Notes: generated by a model from the sequence alone, not told the origin. 64,000 nt of DNA from Candidatus Hydrogenedentota bacterium (GCA_963745075.1 CAVUWV010000036.1:224001-288000), one strand, 5' to 3'; shown: positions 9,725 to 20,897, counted from the stretch's first letter. Translations and numbers: made by a program.

Positions 9725-11988
9725 ATGAAACGATACAACCTCTTCCTATTCATTTGCTTGTTCGCTTTTGCACTCATTGTGCCGGTCGTTAATGCCGATG
9801 AAACGGAACTCGGCGACATCGCCTTGCATCAGGCGGTACTCGATCTCAGCACCGATCTGCGCCTCATGTGCGTCGCGGCCCATCCCGACGACGAGGACGG
9901 CGCGACCCTCGCCATGTACCGCAAAAAGTACGGCTACCATACCATCGCAGTCATCGCCACACACGGCGAAGGCGGTCAAAACGAAATCGGACCCGAACTG
10001 TACAACGAACTGGGGGTCATTCGCACGCACGAGATGATGCGGGCGTCAGCGATAACCGGCGCCGAACTCCATTTCCTGAACCTGCCGGAATTCGGGTACT
10101 CGAAATCGCCGGAGGAAACCTTCGCGATTTGGGGTCACGAGGAAACCGTGCGCCGGCTCGTACGCGTGATTCGAGAGACGCGGCCCGACGTCATCATTTC
10201 GAACCACGGTTTGTACAAAGACCACGGACATCATCAGGCCGTGGGCATCGCGTTGCAGGAAGCCTTCGACGCCGCGGGTGATCCGACGCAATTCACCGAG
10301 TTGGCCCAGGAGGGTCTGGAACCCTGGCATCCGCAACGCTTATACCTGCGTACCTGGGAACCGACGCCCGATTCCGTGACCATCGACATCAACGAGCTGG
10401 ATCCGACGCGGGGCAAAACCTATGCGGAGATCGCCGCTGCCGCATTGCAAGAGCACAAGTCCCAGGGCATGCAATTCTTCATCGACCGGTATCTCAACGG
10501 CACAATCCCTGCCCACTACATCCTGAAAAAGGAAAAACTTCACATCGGCGTGCCCGGGCAACCCCTGGACACGTCGCGCGGCATCTTGTTCGCCGGACTC
10601 CACGATCGAAATGCGCTCGATACGCAACGCGAATGCCGCGATCGCGTCGCCGCATTGCAGGATGAGCTGCAACTCAAGGCGACCGCAGACGACACCCGCG
10701 CGGTGCCCGGCCAGACGGTATCCGTCACTGTGGAAGTCACGGATTACGGATCCCCCGAGGCGCAGAGCGTCCGCTTCAGCATCGAACCCCGGCCCTGGAG
10801 CGGCATCACAGCGCCGGACGATGCCATCGGGAAGATGGAAGAGCAGAAGACGGTCATCGCGCATCTTCCCGTGCGCATCCCGGATGACGCGGCGATTACC
10901 GTGCCGCCCGCGGACCATTTGTTCGACGCTCATTTCCTGGAACCCCAGTTCAACGTCGTGGCCAAAGTCACGGCGGGAACGGATGCGCTGGACCTGCGTC
11001 TGCCCGTCACGCTGGAAGTCGCGCGTCCCGTGGACATTCGCCTTTGCAGGCGGCCCCTATCTCGTGCGGCGCGGCGTGGACAAGGAATGCACGTTCAACG
11101 TGCTGCTCACGAACAATACGCCCGGCCCCTATTCCGGCGCGGTCGGTCTTCTCCATGGCGCCCGGCTTCATGATCGACAAGCAGCGGGCCGAGTTCTCCT
11201 TCGACGCGGAAGGCGATCAGAAGATCATCCCCGTCACGGCAGTAGTCGGTGAAAACCTCGAGCCGCGCGACTACTGGATGAACGTGCTCGTGGAAGGCGA
11301 GACGGAACCGCACTTTGGTTTTGCGCGGATCGTGGACGTTCAGATTCCCGACGGTCTGAAGGTGGGCGTCATTCAAAGTTACGACGACACCTTCATGGCC
11401 ACGCTCGACCGGTTGCACGTACCGCACGAGGCCCTGTCCATCGAAGACTTCTCACCCGCCCGGCTGGATACGTTTACCTCGATCATCGTCGACATCCGCG
11501 CCTACCTCGTGCGACCCGATCTCGTCGCCAACAATCAGGCCCTGCTCGACTACGCGAAACGTGGCGGCAGCGTGCTCGTGATGTATCAGAAGACTCAGGA
11601 ATGGAAACCCGAATACGCGCCCTATCCGATTCACGTGTCGCACAACCGCGTTACCTTGGAAGACGCGCCCATGACGGTGCTGGCGCCCGACAACCCCATC
11701 TTCACCACGCCCAATCCGATCGGCGAGGAAGACTGGGCCGGATGGATTCAGGAGCGTGGCCTGTACTTCCCGGACCAGTGGGCCGAACAGTACACACCCC
11801 TGGTGGCGTGTTCGGACCCCGGCGAGGACATCCCGCCGGGCAGTCTCTTGTATGCGAACGTGGGGGACGGCGACTACCTGTATTGTGCGCTGGGATTGTA
11901 CCGGCAGATCCGGGAACTGAACCCCGGGGCGCTGCGGCTTCTCGCCAACATGCTGGCGCTTGGCGCGTCCGTGCCCGCAACCGAATAG
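9725..11988 (+). CDS. Secreted PIG-L/LmbE family deacetylase with C-terminal Ig-like and GATase-like domains; two +1 frameshifts (~11038, ~11144)
   Basis: AHPDDED, GEGGQN, HGHHQA; continues via AFAGGPY...SGAV then VFSMAPG...GWIQERGLYF. Confidence 0.8.
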
Positions 11989-11991
11989 ACC

Positions 11992-13005
11992 ATGGCCAGA
12001 GAAGGTTCACTCTATAACCCGCCCACGTTCCCGACGTGGCGGAATGTGGCGATCCGCGGCAGCATGATCGTGGGGTTGCTTCTGATCGCCACCACGGCCA
12101 TGTGGTGGGAGGAAGGTCTCGTCATCCACAAAACGGGCCAGCCTCCGGGATTCTTCGATACCCTCTACTTCATCATCATCACGATCACCACCGTCGGCTA
12201 CGGAGACATAACCCCGGATCGGACCATCACCCGCCTCACCGACGCCTTCTTGCTCACCCCCATTCGGCTGGTCGTCATCTTCACCCTGTTCGGGACCGCT
12301 TATCAGTTCGTGTTCCGGCGCTTTCAGGAGGAATATCGCTTGAAACACATCATCGAGAAGCTGAACCGCCACACCATCCTCTGCGGCTTCGGCGGAACCG
12401 GTTCCGCCGTGGCCAACGAACTCCTCTTGCAGGGTACGCCCCCCGACCAAATCATCGTCGTCGATACCGATGAGATCGCGTTACAAGCCGCGACCGCCAT
12501 GAACCTCGCCGCCATCAAAGGGGACGCGACAAAGGAAGGCGTGCTCAAGACCGTCGCCATCGAACGCGCCGCCCACGTCATCATCAGCGCGGGCCGCGAT
12601 GACACCTCGGTCCTCATCGCCCTCACCGCCCAGGACCTCAATCCCGACTGCCACATCATCGCCATGTGCCATGAAGCCGAAAACGTCAAACTGCTGCAAC
12701 GCAGCGGCGCACGCACCATCGTCTCCTCCGCCACCGCCGGCGGCAACCTCATGGCCGCTGCGACCCGCCGCCCCCACCTCGCCGAAGTCATGAAAGACCT
12801 ACTCTCCGTCGGCGGCGCCCTCCGCATGGACGAACGCACCGTCCGCCCCGAAGAGGTCGGCAAACACCCCCACGACCTCCCCGGCATCTGCGTCCTCCGC
12901 GTTTTCCGTGGAACGGATCACTTCGATGGCGTTGCGTTCCCCGCGCTGGAATCTGGCGATGTGCTCGTCTACGTCGCGAGCGAAAATAATGAAGCCTCGG
13001 ACTAA
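11992..13005 (+). CDS. Potassium channel with RCK/TrkA-N domain
   Basis: TTVGYGD filter; ILCGFGGTG; GDAT. Confidence 0.92.
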   Translation: MAREGSLYNPPTFPTWRNVAIRGSMIVGLLLIATTAMWWEEGLVIHKTGQPPGFFDTLYFIIITITTVGYGDITPDRTITRLTDAFLLTPIRLVVIFTLFGTAYQFVFRRFQEEYRLKHIIEKLNRHTILCGFGGTGSAVANELLLQGTPPDQIIVVDTDEIALQAATAMNLAAIKGDATKEGVLKTVAIERAAHVIISAGRDDTSVLIALTAQDLNPDCHIIAMCHEAENVKLLQRSGARTIVSSATAGGNLMAAATRRPHLAEVMKDLLSVGGALRMDERTVRPEEVGKHPHDLPGICVLRVFRGTDHFDGVAFPALESGDVLVYVASENNEASD

Positions 13006-13435
13006 CACAGCGCGGCGCAGCCGAAAGCTAGTACGGGTCCGCTGGTACCGGCCCACTACCTCTTGAAGGCTTCCGCTCCCAAGTAGGATGGGTATGATTC
13101 CCGTCCGGTCCCATTCTCCCCCCCTCTAGGCTCGCAGCATTCCCACATATTCACCCCGAACATACGGGCTAACCAAACCGGACAATACCTCAGAATTCCC
13201 TGGACGGGAACCATTCCCATCCTACTTTGCTTGCGGTATTGGTGGCTCAAAGCGCCCTTGATCGATGCGGTAGATTCTAACGATGTTGACGGATAGGGAC
13301 CCCTGATTCCGCAAGCCCTGGAACGGCGGTGGAATCTCGCCATGATCAATTGCGGCAGAAATTCAAAATTCGGACGGAGAGTAGTCGTCCGTTTCAATTG
13401 AGCTTAAGGGTGGGTTCCGAAGTGCGGCGGCCAAA

Positions 13436-13674
13436 GTAGACGCGGCTTCCAGCCGCGCCAATTCTCCGCTCTAAACGGCACTACGAAGAACTTCTAACAA
13501 AAGACAGGTGGTCAAATTGTGGTGCGGCCATCCTGGCTGCTTTTTGTCTGGTGGCATGGAGCAGGCAGAGATGCCCGCACCACAACCGTCGGAAAGGTTA
13601 TGGTTTTTGTTAGAAGTGCTAAGTCTGACGAACCGACCGGACCTGAAAAACCAACGCGGCTGGAAACCGCATCT
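13436..13674. repeat. Nested REP-like inverted repeats
   Basis: Outer GTAGACGCGGCTTCCAGCCGCG / CGCGGCTGGAAACCGCATCT; middle perfect 13-bp IR 13490-13502 / 13605-13617; inner pair 13517-13541 / 13560-13585. Confidence 0.8.
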
Positions 13675-13885
13675 GTCTTGTTGGCCCGTTGTAAAGAACG
13701 CTCATACTTGCCGATGTACGAATTCGATAGACACGCACTTGCAGTACAGATTTACACCGATCCAAGATACCACTCGCCCCAGGCGCCAAGACCAGAATCC
13801 GGGCTCCTACGAATACGCAGGTGGCCCAGAAATGCTGGCGCACTTCTTCCTTCGTGTGTTTCGTGGCCGTCGTGGTGAACAATCT

Positions 13886-15139
13886 TCATCGCACGCGATC
13901 CGTGAACGCGGCGTCCCATTTGCCGCGGTGGTAGGCGCTGCTGGAGCCGAGCAGGGCGTACACGGCAATCAGCGTTACCGAACCGAAGATTGCCGTCACC
14001 ACGTAGTAGAACCCGACCGGCCACGGCAGAGCCATGAACAGCAGCACGACACCGAGAAATAGCACGCCTTCAAACAAGACGAAGAAGGTCTCGTCGGTCA
14101 CGATCTGGGCGGCGCTGCAAAGGCCGTGCACGCTCATGGCGGCGAGGACGATGCCCATCGCGTGCAACAGGTCCCACCCATACCACGCGCTGCCGATGGG
14201 GACCATGAGCAACGACGGCACGAACGCCGTCGCCGGATATGCCAAGTACAAGGCGGTCTGCCGCAGCCGCGAGATGGGCATGGAACGAACGGTGTGCACA
14301 TCCAACGCGCGGGTCACGTCGGCGCAACCGACAAACAACAAGGCGAACACCCAGATCCCGTCAACCCGAACGTTTGCGAGTAGATGCGCGACTTCGTTCA
14401 ACACGAGAAAAAGCAGACCCAGACTCACGCCCAGAAACAGGTGCCCGCGCCACATCCAAAGGAATTGCGCCGGCCAGAACCGCGACGGCATCGTGTCCGG
14501 TTCGCGAGAATCCGTAGTCTTGATGCGCGTCAGACGCGCCAATCGGCGGGCGGGGCTCCACGTTGCTTCGCGGGCGACGTAGGAACCGATCGTGACACCG
14601 ATGGACAGGATTAAACCCACCACCATCATGGGCACCCACATCGTTTGGTCCAATGTCATCAGCCAGGCGAACCAGACCCACAACCCCAGGAGGACGAGTT
14701 GCAGGAACTGCTCTTTCACCACGCCCAAGGCCCATGGCGAAGTCATAGCTGCACGGGACGTGTGCTGGAACCCGAGGCTCAGCGACATGCTTGCGGCTGC
14801 GCCCGTTAACAAGACTGCGCGCCGCGTTATCCACGGCCAATTGACGTCAAACCCCACGACGCCGGGCAACAATTGTTGCAACGTGTGCACAGCCGGCATG
14901 GACAATACCGCGAATGCCCAAAACAGCGTCGCGTATGTTTTCGTGGGAACCGGAGTCGCCAACAACGCGCGTGCCCGCTGGTCGAGTGAACGCGAGAGCC
15001 ACCACGTCCCAACGGCGACAATGCCGGCAACCGGCGGAAAGAAGGTTTCCGCGCCAAACGACCCCAGACCGGCGGCCACGCACAGCACAAGTGGAAGCGC
15101 GAAGATCGATAGGAGCCACGCAACAAGGTGTTTATTCAT
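13886..15139 (-). CDS. Polytopic membrane protein, putative ABC permease (copy 3)
   Basis: Many TM segments; RSMPISR motif; in the gntR-ABC operon. Confidence 0.65.
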   Translation of the reverse strand: MNKHLVAWLLSIFALPLVLCVAAGLGSFGAETFFPPVAGIVAVGTWWLSRSLDQRARALLATPVPTKTYATLFWAFAVLSMPAVHTLQQLLPGVVGFDVNWPWITRRAVLLTGAAASMSLSLGFQHTSRAAMTSPWALGVVKEQFLQLVLLGLWVWFAWLMTLDQTMWVPMMVVGLILSIGVTIGSYVAREATWSPARRLARLTRIKTTDSREPDTMPSRFWPAQFLWMWRGHLFLGVSLGLLFLVLNEVAHLLANVRVDGIWVFALLFVGCADVTRALDVHTVRSMPISRLRQTALYLAYPATAFVPSLLMVPIGSAWYGWDLLHAMGIVLAAMSVHGLCSAAQIVTDETFFVLFEGVLFLGVVLLFMALPWPVGFYYVVTAIFGSVTLIAVYALLGSSSAYHRGKWDAAFTDRVR

Positions 15140-15175
15140 GAAAAGACCACCCGAACCACACGTTTCTTCCGCCGT

Positions 15176-15423
15176 CGGACGCTGAAAGCGTCCCGCAACC
15201 CTAGCCAGGGGCAGAGCGAAGCGCCGCCCCTGGTTAGGGCGACCCCCCTCTTGTGAAAAGCCCTGTAGGGGCGTTGCAACGATTGGACCAAACGAAATCC
15301 TCGATACAGACCTTGCCACGCCCCTACAGGGCTCGGGTCGGAGGAATGCCCCGTTACCAGGGGCTCCGCTTCGCTTTGCCCCTGGCTAGAATTGCGCGGC
15401 GCCTTCAGCGCCGGGATTCGCGT
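15176..15423. repeat. 248-bp REPIN-like composite palindrome, copy A
   Basis: a-b-c-spacer-c'-b'-a' hairpin modules; homologous to 17509-17756; partial copy near 15636-15725. Confidence 0.85.
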
Positions 15424-15943
15424 CGCTCCTGCGTGCGAACTGCGGTCCTTCCAGTTCGGTCCGTACATTCTCATCAAGAGTTCCTCACCACGAAGTTCAC
15501 GAAACACACGAAGGGAAGATAATGGATACACCGCGCGGGAAAACCGCAACCGGATGTGCGCTCGTCCGCAGATACCGCAGAGTGGCGCAGACGCGCGTGT
15601 CGATGTACATGACGAAGATCCTCCATCACGATCCCCGGACTGAAAGTCCACCACAGGACAGTCCAGGGCAGAGCGAAGCGCCGCCCTGGGGCACCGGCAT
15701 CCCCATTCCCACGAGCGCTGAAAGTGCGGAACAGACGCTTTAGTGGTCCACCGATTGCACCGATTCGCGCCGATTTACGAAACACCTCGCCCCAGGATCC
15801 ACGGCGAAAATTCCGGCTCTCGCGAATACGCATGCGCCCCGAAAATCCCTGCGCACTTCTTGCTTCGTGCGCTTCGTGCCTTTCGTGGTGGAAGCGGCAG
15901 TTCCAGAACGCAAGGGTAATCCGTGGTTCAAAGTTCAAAGTGA

Positions 15944-17371
15944 TCATCCCCGTTCGTCCTCTCCCAAGAACGCAATTTGTCGTTGACGGTAGAACGTGCT
16001 GGAGGCTATGAGTTGCCGCGTTCGCCGGTAGGCGCAGGGTAGAATGACAACCAGCGCAACGCCCCACGCTAACATCGCCGAGCCGGCAGTAAACGCGCCC
16101 CATGCGTAGAAGCCCGCGAGCAGCGCGACGCCTGCCAGGACGCCGGCTCCGGTTCGCGGGGACAGAAGGTAGCCGAGTACGGGCACCCATATCAGCAACA
16201 GAAACCACCCCGGTTGAACCGGCACGCCCAGGACCTGCGATAGCAGCAGGGCCACCAGTGCCGCCACCAGTCCGGTCGATACCGCCCCGGCGAGCATGAA
16301 TGTGGCGATGTGTCTCGTCTGCCAGGGCAACATACGAAGTGCACTAAGTCCGGAAAACCAACGGGCAAGTTGACGGGCCGTCAAGAGTACCGTCATGATC
16401 GGAAGCCAGCAGATGATCGCGGTGAAAATGTCCGATTCCATCGCGTTGTAACCGCGAATCCGAAGGAACACACTGAGGAACACCATCGCCAGGACGGGGG
16501 CGCTAAACGCTTGCAATGTATGTCGCACCGCTTCGGAACACAGAAGCTGGAAGTACGACGGTCGTCTGGCATTGAACCTCCTCGGCCGCACGTGTACCGC
16601 GGAGGAAGTCGCAACCGCGACTGTCTTGTGCACGCGCACGCGGCGGGTCAAGAGGCGGTGTGTCGCCCCGCGCGCACTCGCGACCAGAACGACTGCCGCC
16701 AGCACCTCCCCGATCAGGAGTAGCGCCACAGCAAAGCCCGACCATTGAAGTTCGTCGTTCCAAACGATGACCTCGTGATTGATGAAGCAAAGATACCCGC
16801 CGCCAGCCACCGCAGCAAGAAATGCGGCCATGTACTTGATCGCACCGCCTCCGTTCTGCGCGAGGTCTCGCAACCCCGTGGAGGTCGGCGGTCCGAGCGC
16901 CATGGCGGCATGGACCACAATGCTGCACGCCCCGGCGGCGACTATCGTATTGGGTACGACCGCAAGAAGGCGGAACAGTAACGTATCGTCGGAAAGACCC
17001 CCACCCCAAAACATCGCCGGTATGAGGGATCCACAGAGGAAGACCAGCGCGGGCAATACGACCGACTCGTACCACATGGCCCGGGCGATAATGCGAGACG
17101 GGATACCGAGAGCGAGCACCGTGCCAAAGTGTCTTCGGGATACAAGATCGTGCATTACCAGACTGATGCCGACCGTGAGCACAGAAATCGCCCCAATCCA
17201 CAGCCCCGCATTTCGAACCGCACCGCCGAAAAGGACGAAAAGAAATATGTCGCCATACGCTATCGCCAGCATTGGCCAGTTCCAGCGCGCATACTCGAAC
17301 ACCAACGCGCGGACCTGCTGTGTTTCCGTCAGTGCGCGTCTCGTGGTCGATGTTGTCAGGATCTTATCCAT
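15944..17371 (-). CDS. Polytopic membrane protein, putative ABC permease (copy 2)
   Basis: Many TM segments; LALGIPSR and LRMLPW motifs. Confidence 0.65.
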   Translation of the reverse strand: MDKILTTSTTRRALTETQQVRALVFEYARWNWPMLAIAYGDIFLFVLFGGAVRNAGLWIGAISVLTVGISLVMHDLVSRRHFGTVLALGIPSRIIARAMWYESVVLPALVFLCGSLIPAMFWGGGLSDDTLLFRLLAVVPNTIVAAGACSIVVHAAMALGPPTSTGLRDLAQNGGGAIKYMAAFLAAVAGGGYLCFINHEVIVWNDELQWSGFAVALLLIGEVLAAVVLVASARGATHRLLTRRVRVHKTVAVATSSAVHVRPRRFNARRPSYFQLLCSEAVRHTLQAFSAPVLAMVFLSVFLRIRGYNAMESDIFTAIICWLPIMTVLLTARQLARWFSGLSALRMLPWQTRHIATFMLAGAVSTGLVAALVALLLSQVLGVPVQPGWFLLLIWVPVLGYLLSPRTGAGVLAGVALLAGFYAWGAFTAGSAMLAWGVALVVILPCAYRRTRQLIASSTFYRQRQIAFLGEDERG

Positions 17372-17508
17372 GTTTCAGCTTCATCGTTCCTTTGTTGCAC
17401 TCTTCGCGCCGTAAAGTTGATGTACGCGGCGGTATGGCCAATTCAACGAGTTTCACCTCGAAGGACACGAAACTCACGAAGGAACTTCCGAGAACCGTGT
17501 TCCCCCGC

Positions 17509-17756
17509 CGGACGCTGAAAGCGTCCCGCAACCCTAGCCAGGGACAAAGCGAAGCGGCGCCCCTGGTCGAGGCGTTTCCCCTCTTGTGAAAAGCCCTGAA
17601 GGGGCGCTGCAAGAAACCGCGTACACACAAATCGGGAACAAGACATCGCGTCGCCCTTACAGGGCTCCACATCGGGGAAGGTCCTGGTACCAGGGGCGGC
17701 GCTTCGCTTTGCCCCTGGCTAGAATTGCGCGGCGCCTTCAGCGCCGGGATTCGCGT
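17509..17756. repeat. 248-bp REPIN-like composite palindrome, copy B
   Basis: Same modules and same length as 15176-15423, with different spacers. Confidence 0.85.
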
Positions 17757-17967
17757 TGGCGCCACGTCAGCGCAAGAACCGCCCGCCACTCGCCCGGCAC
17801 CGATTCCGCCCACCACGAAAGACACGAAACGCACGGAGAGAAAACAAGGGAAGCTACCAGGCAATCTTCCTTCGTGTCCTTCGCGGTGCACCGTATCCGC
17901 GCACATCCGTCGCATCCGTGTCATCGGCGTTCTATCACCTTCCGTATTGCGCTCACAGTGGGCGTAA

Positions 17968-19296
17968 TCAGATCCAATCGGCATCGTAACTTTCATAAGG
18001 AATTCTCCGCGGATAAAGCGCGTCGCTCCGGTCGATTGAGCGATAAAGGAACCCATAAGCCACACCCAGGGCTGCGAGCGAAATTGCTGCGACCCCCGCA
18101 GCAACATTAGGTTCGATCTGGATCTTGATTGCGAATATGAACAAACCAAGAAAGCCGAACCATAGCGGAAACTGACACCAAACACGGGCGAACCGCGTGG
18201 TGGCCGCGATGTAGGCACAATGCAGACTGAACGCGGCGAGAAAGGCGACGACGGAGCGCGGTGCGTTCCAGCCCAAGACTACCTGGGTCGATAGTAATAC
18301 GATCAGCGAAGGCACGAACAGGATTATCGGGTTACCGAACAGCATCAGCACGTGGCCGTGTCGTGATACCGGAAGAGCGCGCAGGACTCGATTGTCCAAC
18401 GGCATCGTCGTGCGCACGTACCTGAAGCCCAAAGCGAGGATCAGTGGCCCGAGGAGTCCCGCTACTTTGAAGCGGGCATCACCTGTCCAATAAGGGTAGA
18501 CCAAACAGCCGACCGTGGTTGTCACCATCAGACTGTAGACCAGCGGACTGTACCAGCGGGCGATTGGAAGCGCCGGTCTAGCACCCGCGAGGATGTGTTG
18601 GAATCGCGGTCGTCTCGTGGAAGGCGCGCGCGCTTCTACGCTCGGGTACCAGGTATGGTCACAGTAACGATATGAGAGCATCATCAGCGCCGCGGACCAC
18701 GCGAGCAGAATGAAGACGAAGGCATTGGGCCGCGAAGCGAGGATACGCCGCCAACACACCGCCGCCGAGGACGAGAACGGGGAGAACCATCCCGCCATCT
18801 TCGCGGCCGCGCGGATGAACCGTTGCCGTCTGTCTCTGTAAACCGAACGGTTCGCTTTGCCGGTAGCGTATAGCGAAGCGGCCGCCGCGCACCCCATTGC
18901 AAAGACCCATTGGCACGCCAGAATCCAAAGAATCGTCGGCACCGTGTAGGTGAGTTCGCGCCGAGTCAATAGCAACCCAATACCAACACCGACTCCGCAA
19001 AATGTCGGCGGCCCCACAACGGCCAACCACCACAGAGAACGCGCAAAACGCTTCCGGTCGAGCGGAAGCGAGCCTAGAGCATGAGCCGTGTCTCCCCAAA
19101 CCAGGTCCAAGACTACGTTTTGGGTTAAGAGAACCGTAGCCCCGAAGGCAAGCGGCGAAACGAACAAGACGTAGTAGTCCGCACCGCTATCGCCCATATC
19201 AGAGGTAAAGAAGAGCGTCAGCCACCCGACCGCGAACGATAGGGCGTACGTCACGACCGGACTCTTCAAGACAAACCTGTAGACCGCGCGATTCAC
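17968..19296 (-). CDS. Polytopic membrane protein, putative ABC permease (copy 1); possible compensating frameshift pair ~18745-18792
   Basis: LGSLPLDR and LRALPVSR motifs; starts 3 nt after the ATPase stop; hydrophobic MVLPVLVLGGGVLAA lies in an alternative frame. Confidence 0.68.
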   Translation of the reverse strand: MNRAVYRFVLKSPVVTYALSFAVGWLTLFFTSDMGDSGADYYVLFVSPLAFGATVLLTQNVVLDLVWGDTAHALGSLPLDRKRFARSLWWLAVVGPPTFCGVGVGIGLLLTRRELTYTVPTILWILACQWVFAMGCAAAASLYATGKANRSVYRDRRQRFIRAAAKMAGWFSPFSSSAAVCWRRILASRPNAFVFILLAWSAALMMLSYRYCDHTWYPSVEARAPSTRRPRFQHILAGARPALPIARWYSPLVYSLMVTTTVGCLVYPYWTGDARFKVAGLLGPLILALGFRYVRTTMPLDNRVLRALPVSRHGHVLMLFGNPIILFVPSLIVLLSTQVVLGWNAPRSVVAFLAAFSLHCAYIAATTRFARVWCQFPLWFGFLGLFIFAIKIQIEPNVAAGVAAISLAALGVAYGFLYRSIDRSDALYPRRIPYESYDADWI

Positions 19297-19299
19297 CGT

Positions 19300-20185
19300 C
19301 TACCGGTCCTTCACCAGCCCTACGAACAATTCCTCCAACGTCACCGGCGTCGTCGTGATATCCGTCAAGCCCTGGGCTTCGAGCGCCTCCAGCGGGTGGC
19401 GCGTGTTGTCGACGAGGAGACGCCAGCGGTCGCCTTCGTGGTGTTGGACGATTAGGCCGTCCGTCGGCTTCGGCTGTTGGCCGTTGGGCGAGAGGCAGTC
19501 GACCATGCGGTAGCGTTCGACGAGTTCGGCGGTGGACCCTTCTTCGAGGAGTTTGCCGTTGATCGATGATGCCGATGTGATCGGTGAACCGTTGGAGGTC
19601 GTCGAGGTTGTGGGACGAGATGAGCACGGTGCGTTCTTCGTCCTGGACGGCGTCGAGTAGTTCGGTGAAGAGGTCCTTCTTCGAGATGGCGTCCAGCCCG
19701 GCCGTCGGTTCGTCGAGGAGGAGCAACGCGGGCCGGTGGGCCAGCGCGACGATGAGGGCGAGTTTCGTGCGCGACCCGTAGGACAACGTGGCGATCTTGT
19801 CCGTCCACCCGATCTTCAGGCGGTCCAGCAGTTCCGTGCAGTAGTCGTCGTCCCAGTCCGCATAGAACGCGCGGATGAATCCGATGAGCCGCCGCACCGT
19901 GCCCCACGCGTTGAAGTTGAGGTCCGGGCTGACGTAGCCGGTGCGCTTCTTCATCTCGACCTCGTCGCGGATGTGGTCGAACCCGAACACCGCAATCTCG
20001 CCGGCCTCCTTCGCGCCCATGCCCATGATGAGGTCGATGGTCGTCGTCTTCCCCGCGCCGTTCGCGCCGATGAGCCCGTAGATGGCGCCCTTCGGCACGT
20101 TCAGGTCCAGCGGACCAAGGTGGAAGCCCGGGAAGGTCTTCTCCAACCCGCGGATGCGGATTGCTTCAGCGGTCTCTACCAACAT
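19300..20185 (-). CDS. ABC transporter ATP-binding protein (YtrB-like), frameshift ~19560
   Basis: GANGAGKTT, LSYG, LLLDEPT, SSH; continues NGKLLEEG...TLEELFV in the shifted frame. Confidence 0.88.
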
Positions 20186-20203
20186 CTTTGCCTCCCTTCC
20201 TGT

Positions 20204-20453
20204 TTGAATTCGAAATCCGAATATCGAAATCCGAAACAAATTCGAATGTTTTAATCGAGGAGTTGCTGGGGCACGGGCGTCCCGCCCGTTGATGCTTGAA
20301 CTCCACGGGCGGGACGCCCGTGCCCCATTGTTCCCCCATTCAAGGATTCTGGCAACGCCCGGGGAGACGGGTCACCCAACATCTAAGTCTGCTGGTTTCG
20401 CTCATTTGAATTTGGAGTCCTTTGAATTTGTCTCGGATTTCGTGCTTCGGATT
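20204..20453. repeat. Nested repeat block between gntR and the ABC ATPase
   Basis: Outer CGAAATCCGAA... / ...TCGGATTTCG arms enclose a perfect 23-bp IR (20267-20289 / 20305-20327). Confidence 0.82.
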
Positions 20454-20462
20454 TGTCTCCCG

Positions 20463-20894
20463 CTATTGCTTCCCTGCTGGGTTCGCCAGCGCTTCCGGTT
20501 GGTCCAGAAGCCGGTACACCAACTTCAACAACTCCTCGTCGGTCATGCCGGCTTCGCGGCCTTCGCGGAGAGCCTCCGCGATGAGCGCGGCGGCTTGCGC
20601 ACGTTTGGCCTCCCGGCTGCGGGCCGCGCCTTCCTCCGACACAAACGTACCGAGCCCCTGCTTGCGATAGATGATCCCCTCGCGCTCCAGTTCCTCGTAA
20701 GCGCGCTTCACCGTGATTAGACTCACGAGCAACTGTTCCGCCAAGGCCCGGAACGACGGCAGCGGTGCCCCCGGCGCCAGCCGCCCCTCGCTGATCTCCC
20801 GCTTCACCCCGTCCACGATCTGCTGATACAACGGACCCGGCGCCGCCGCCGAAATGGGACGCAGGAGGAGTTTTTTGTGCGGTTCGTTGGCCAT
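20463..20894 (-). CDS. GntR-family regulator, YtrA subfamily
   Basis: PLYQQI...LPSFRALAEQLLVSLITVKRAY..LE..G...GLGTFV; short C-domain; precedes an ABC ATPase. Confidence 0.92.
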   Translation of the reverse strand: MANEPHKKLLLRPISAAAPGPLYQQIVDGVKREISEGRLAPGAPLPSFRALAEQLLVSLITVKRAYEELEREGIIYRKQGLGTFVSEEGAARSREAKRAQAAALIAEALREGREAGMTDEELLKLVYRLLDQPEALANPAGKQ

Positions 20895-20897
20895 CAA

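Noticed and set aside
13056..13397. 113-aa ORF in the intergenic region
   Set aside because: Atypical composition, no RBS or motif; the region remains unexplained
17364..18218. 284-aa ORF and other ORFs across 15136-16208
   Set aside because: Read through repeat blocks and overlap permease genes
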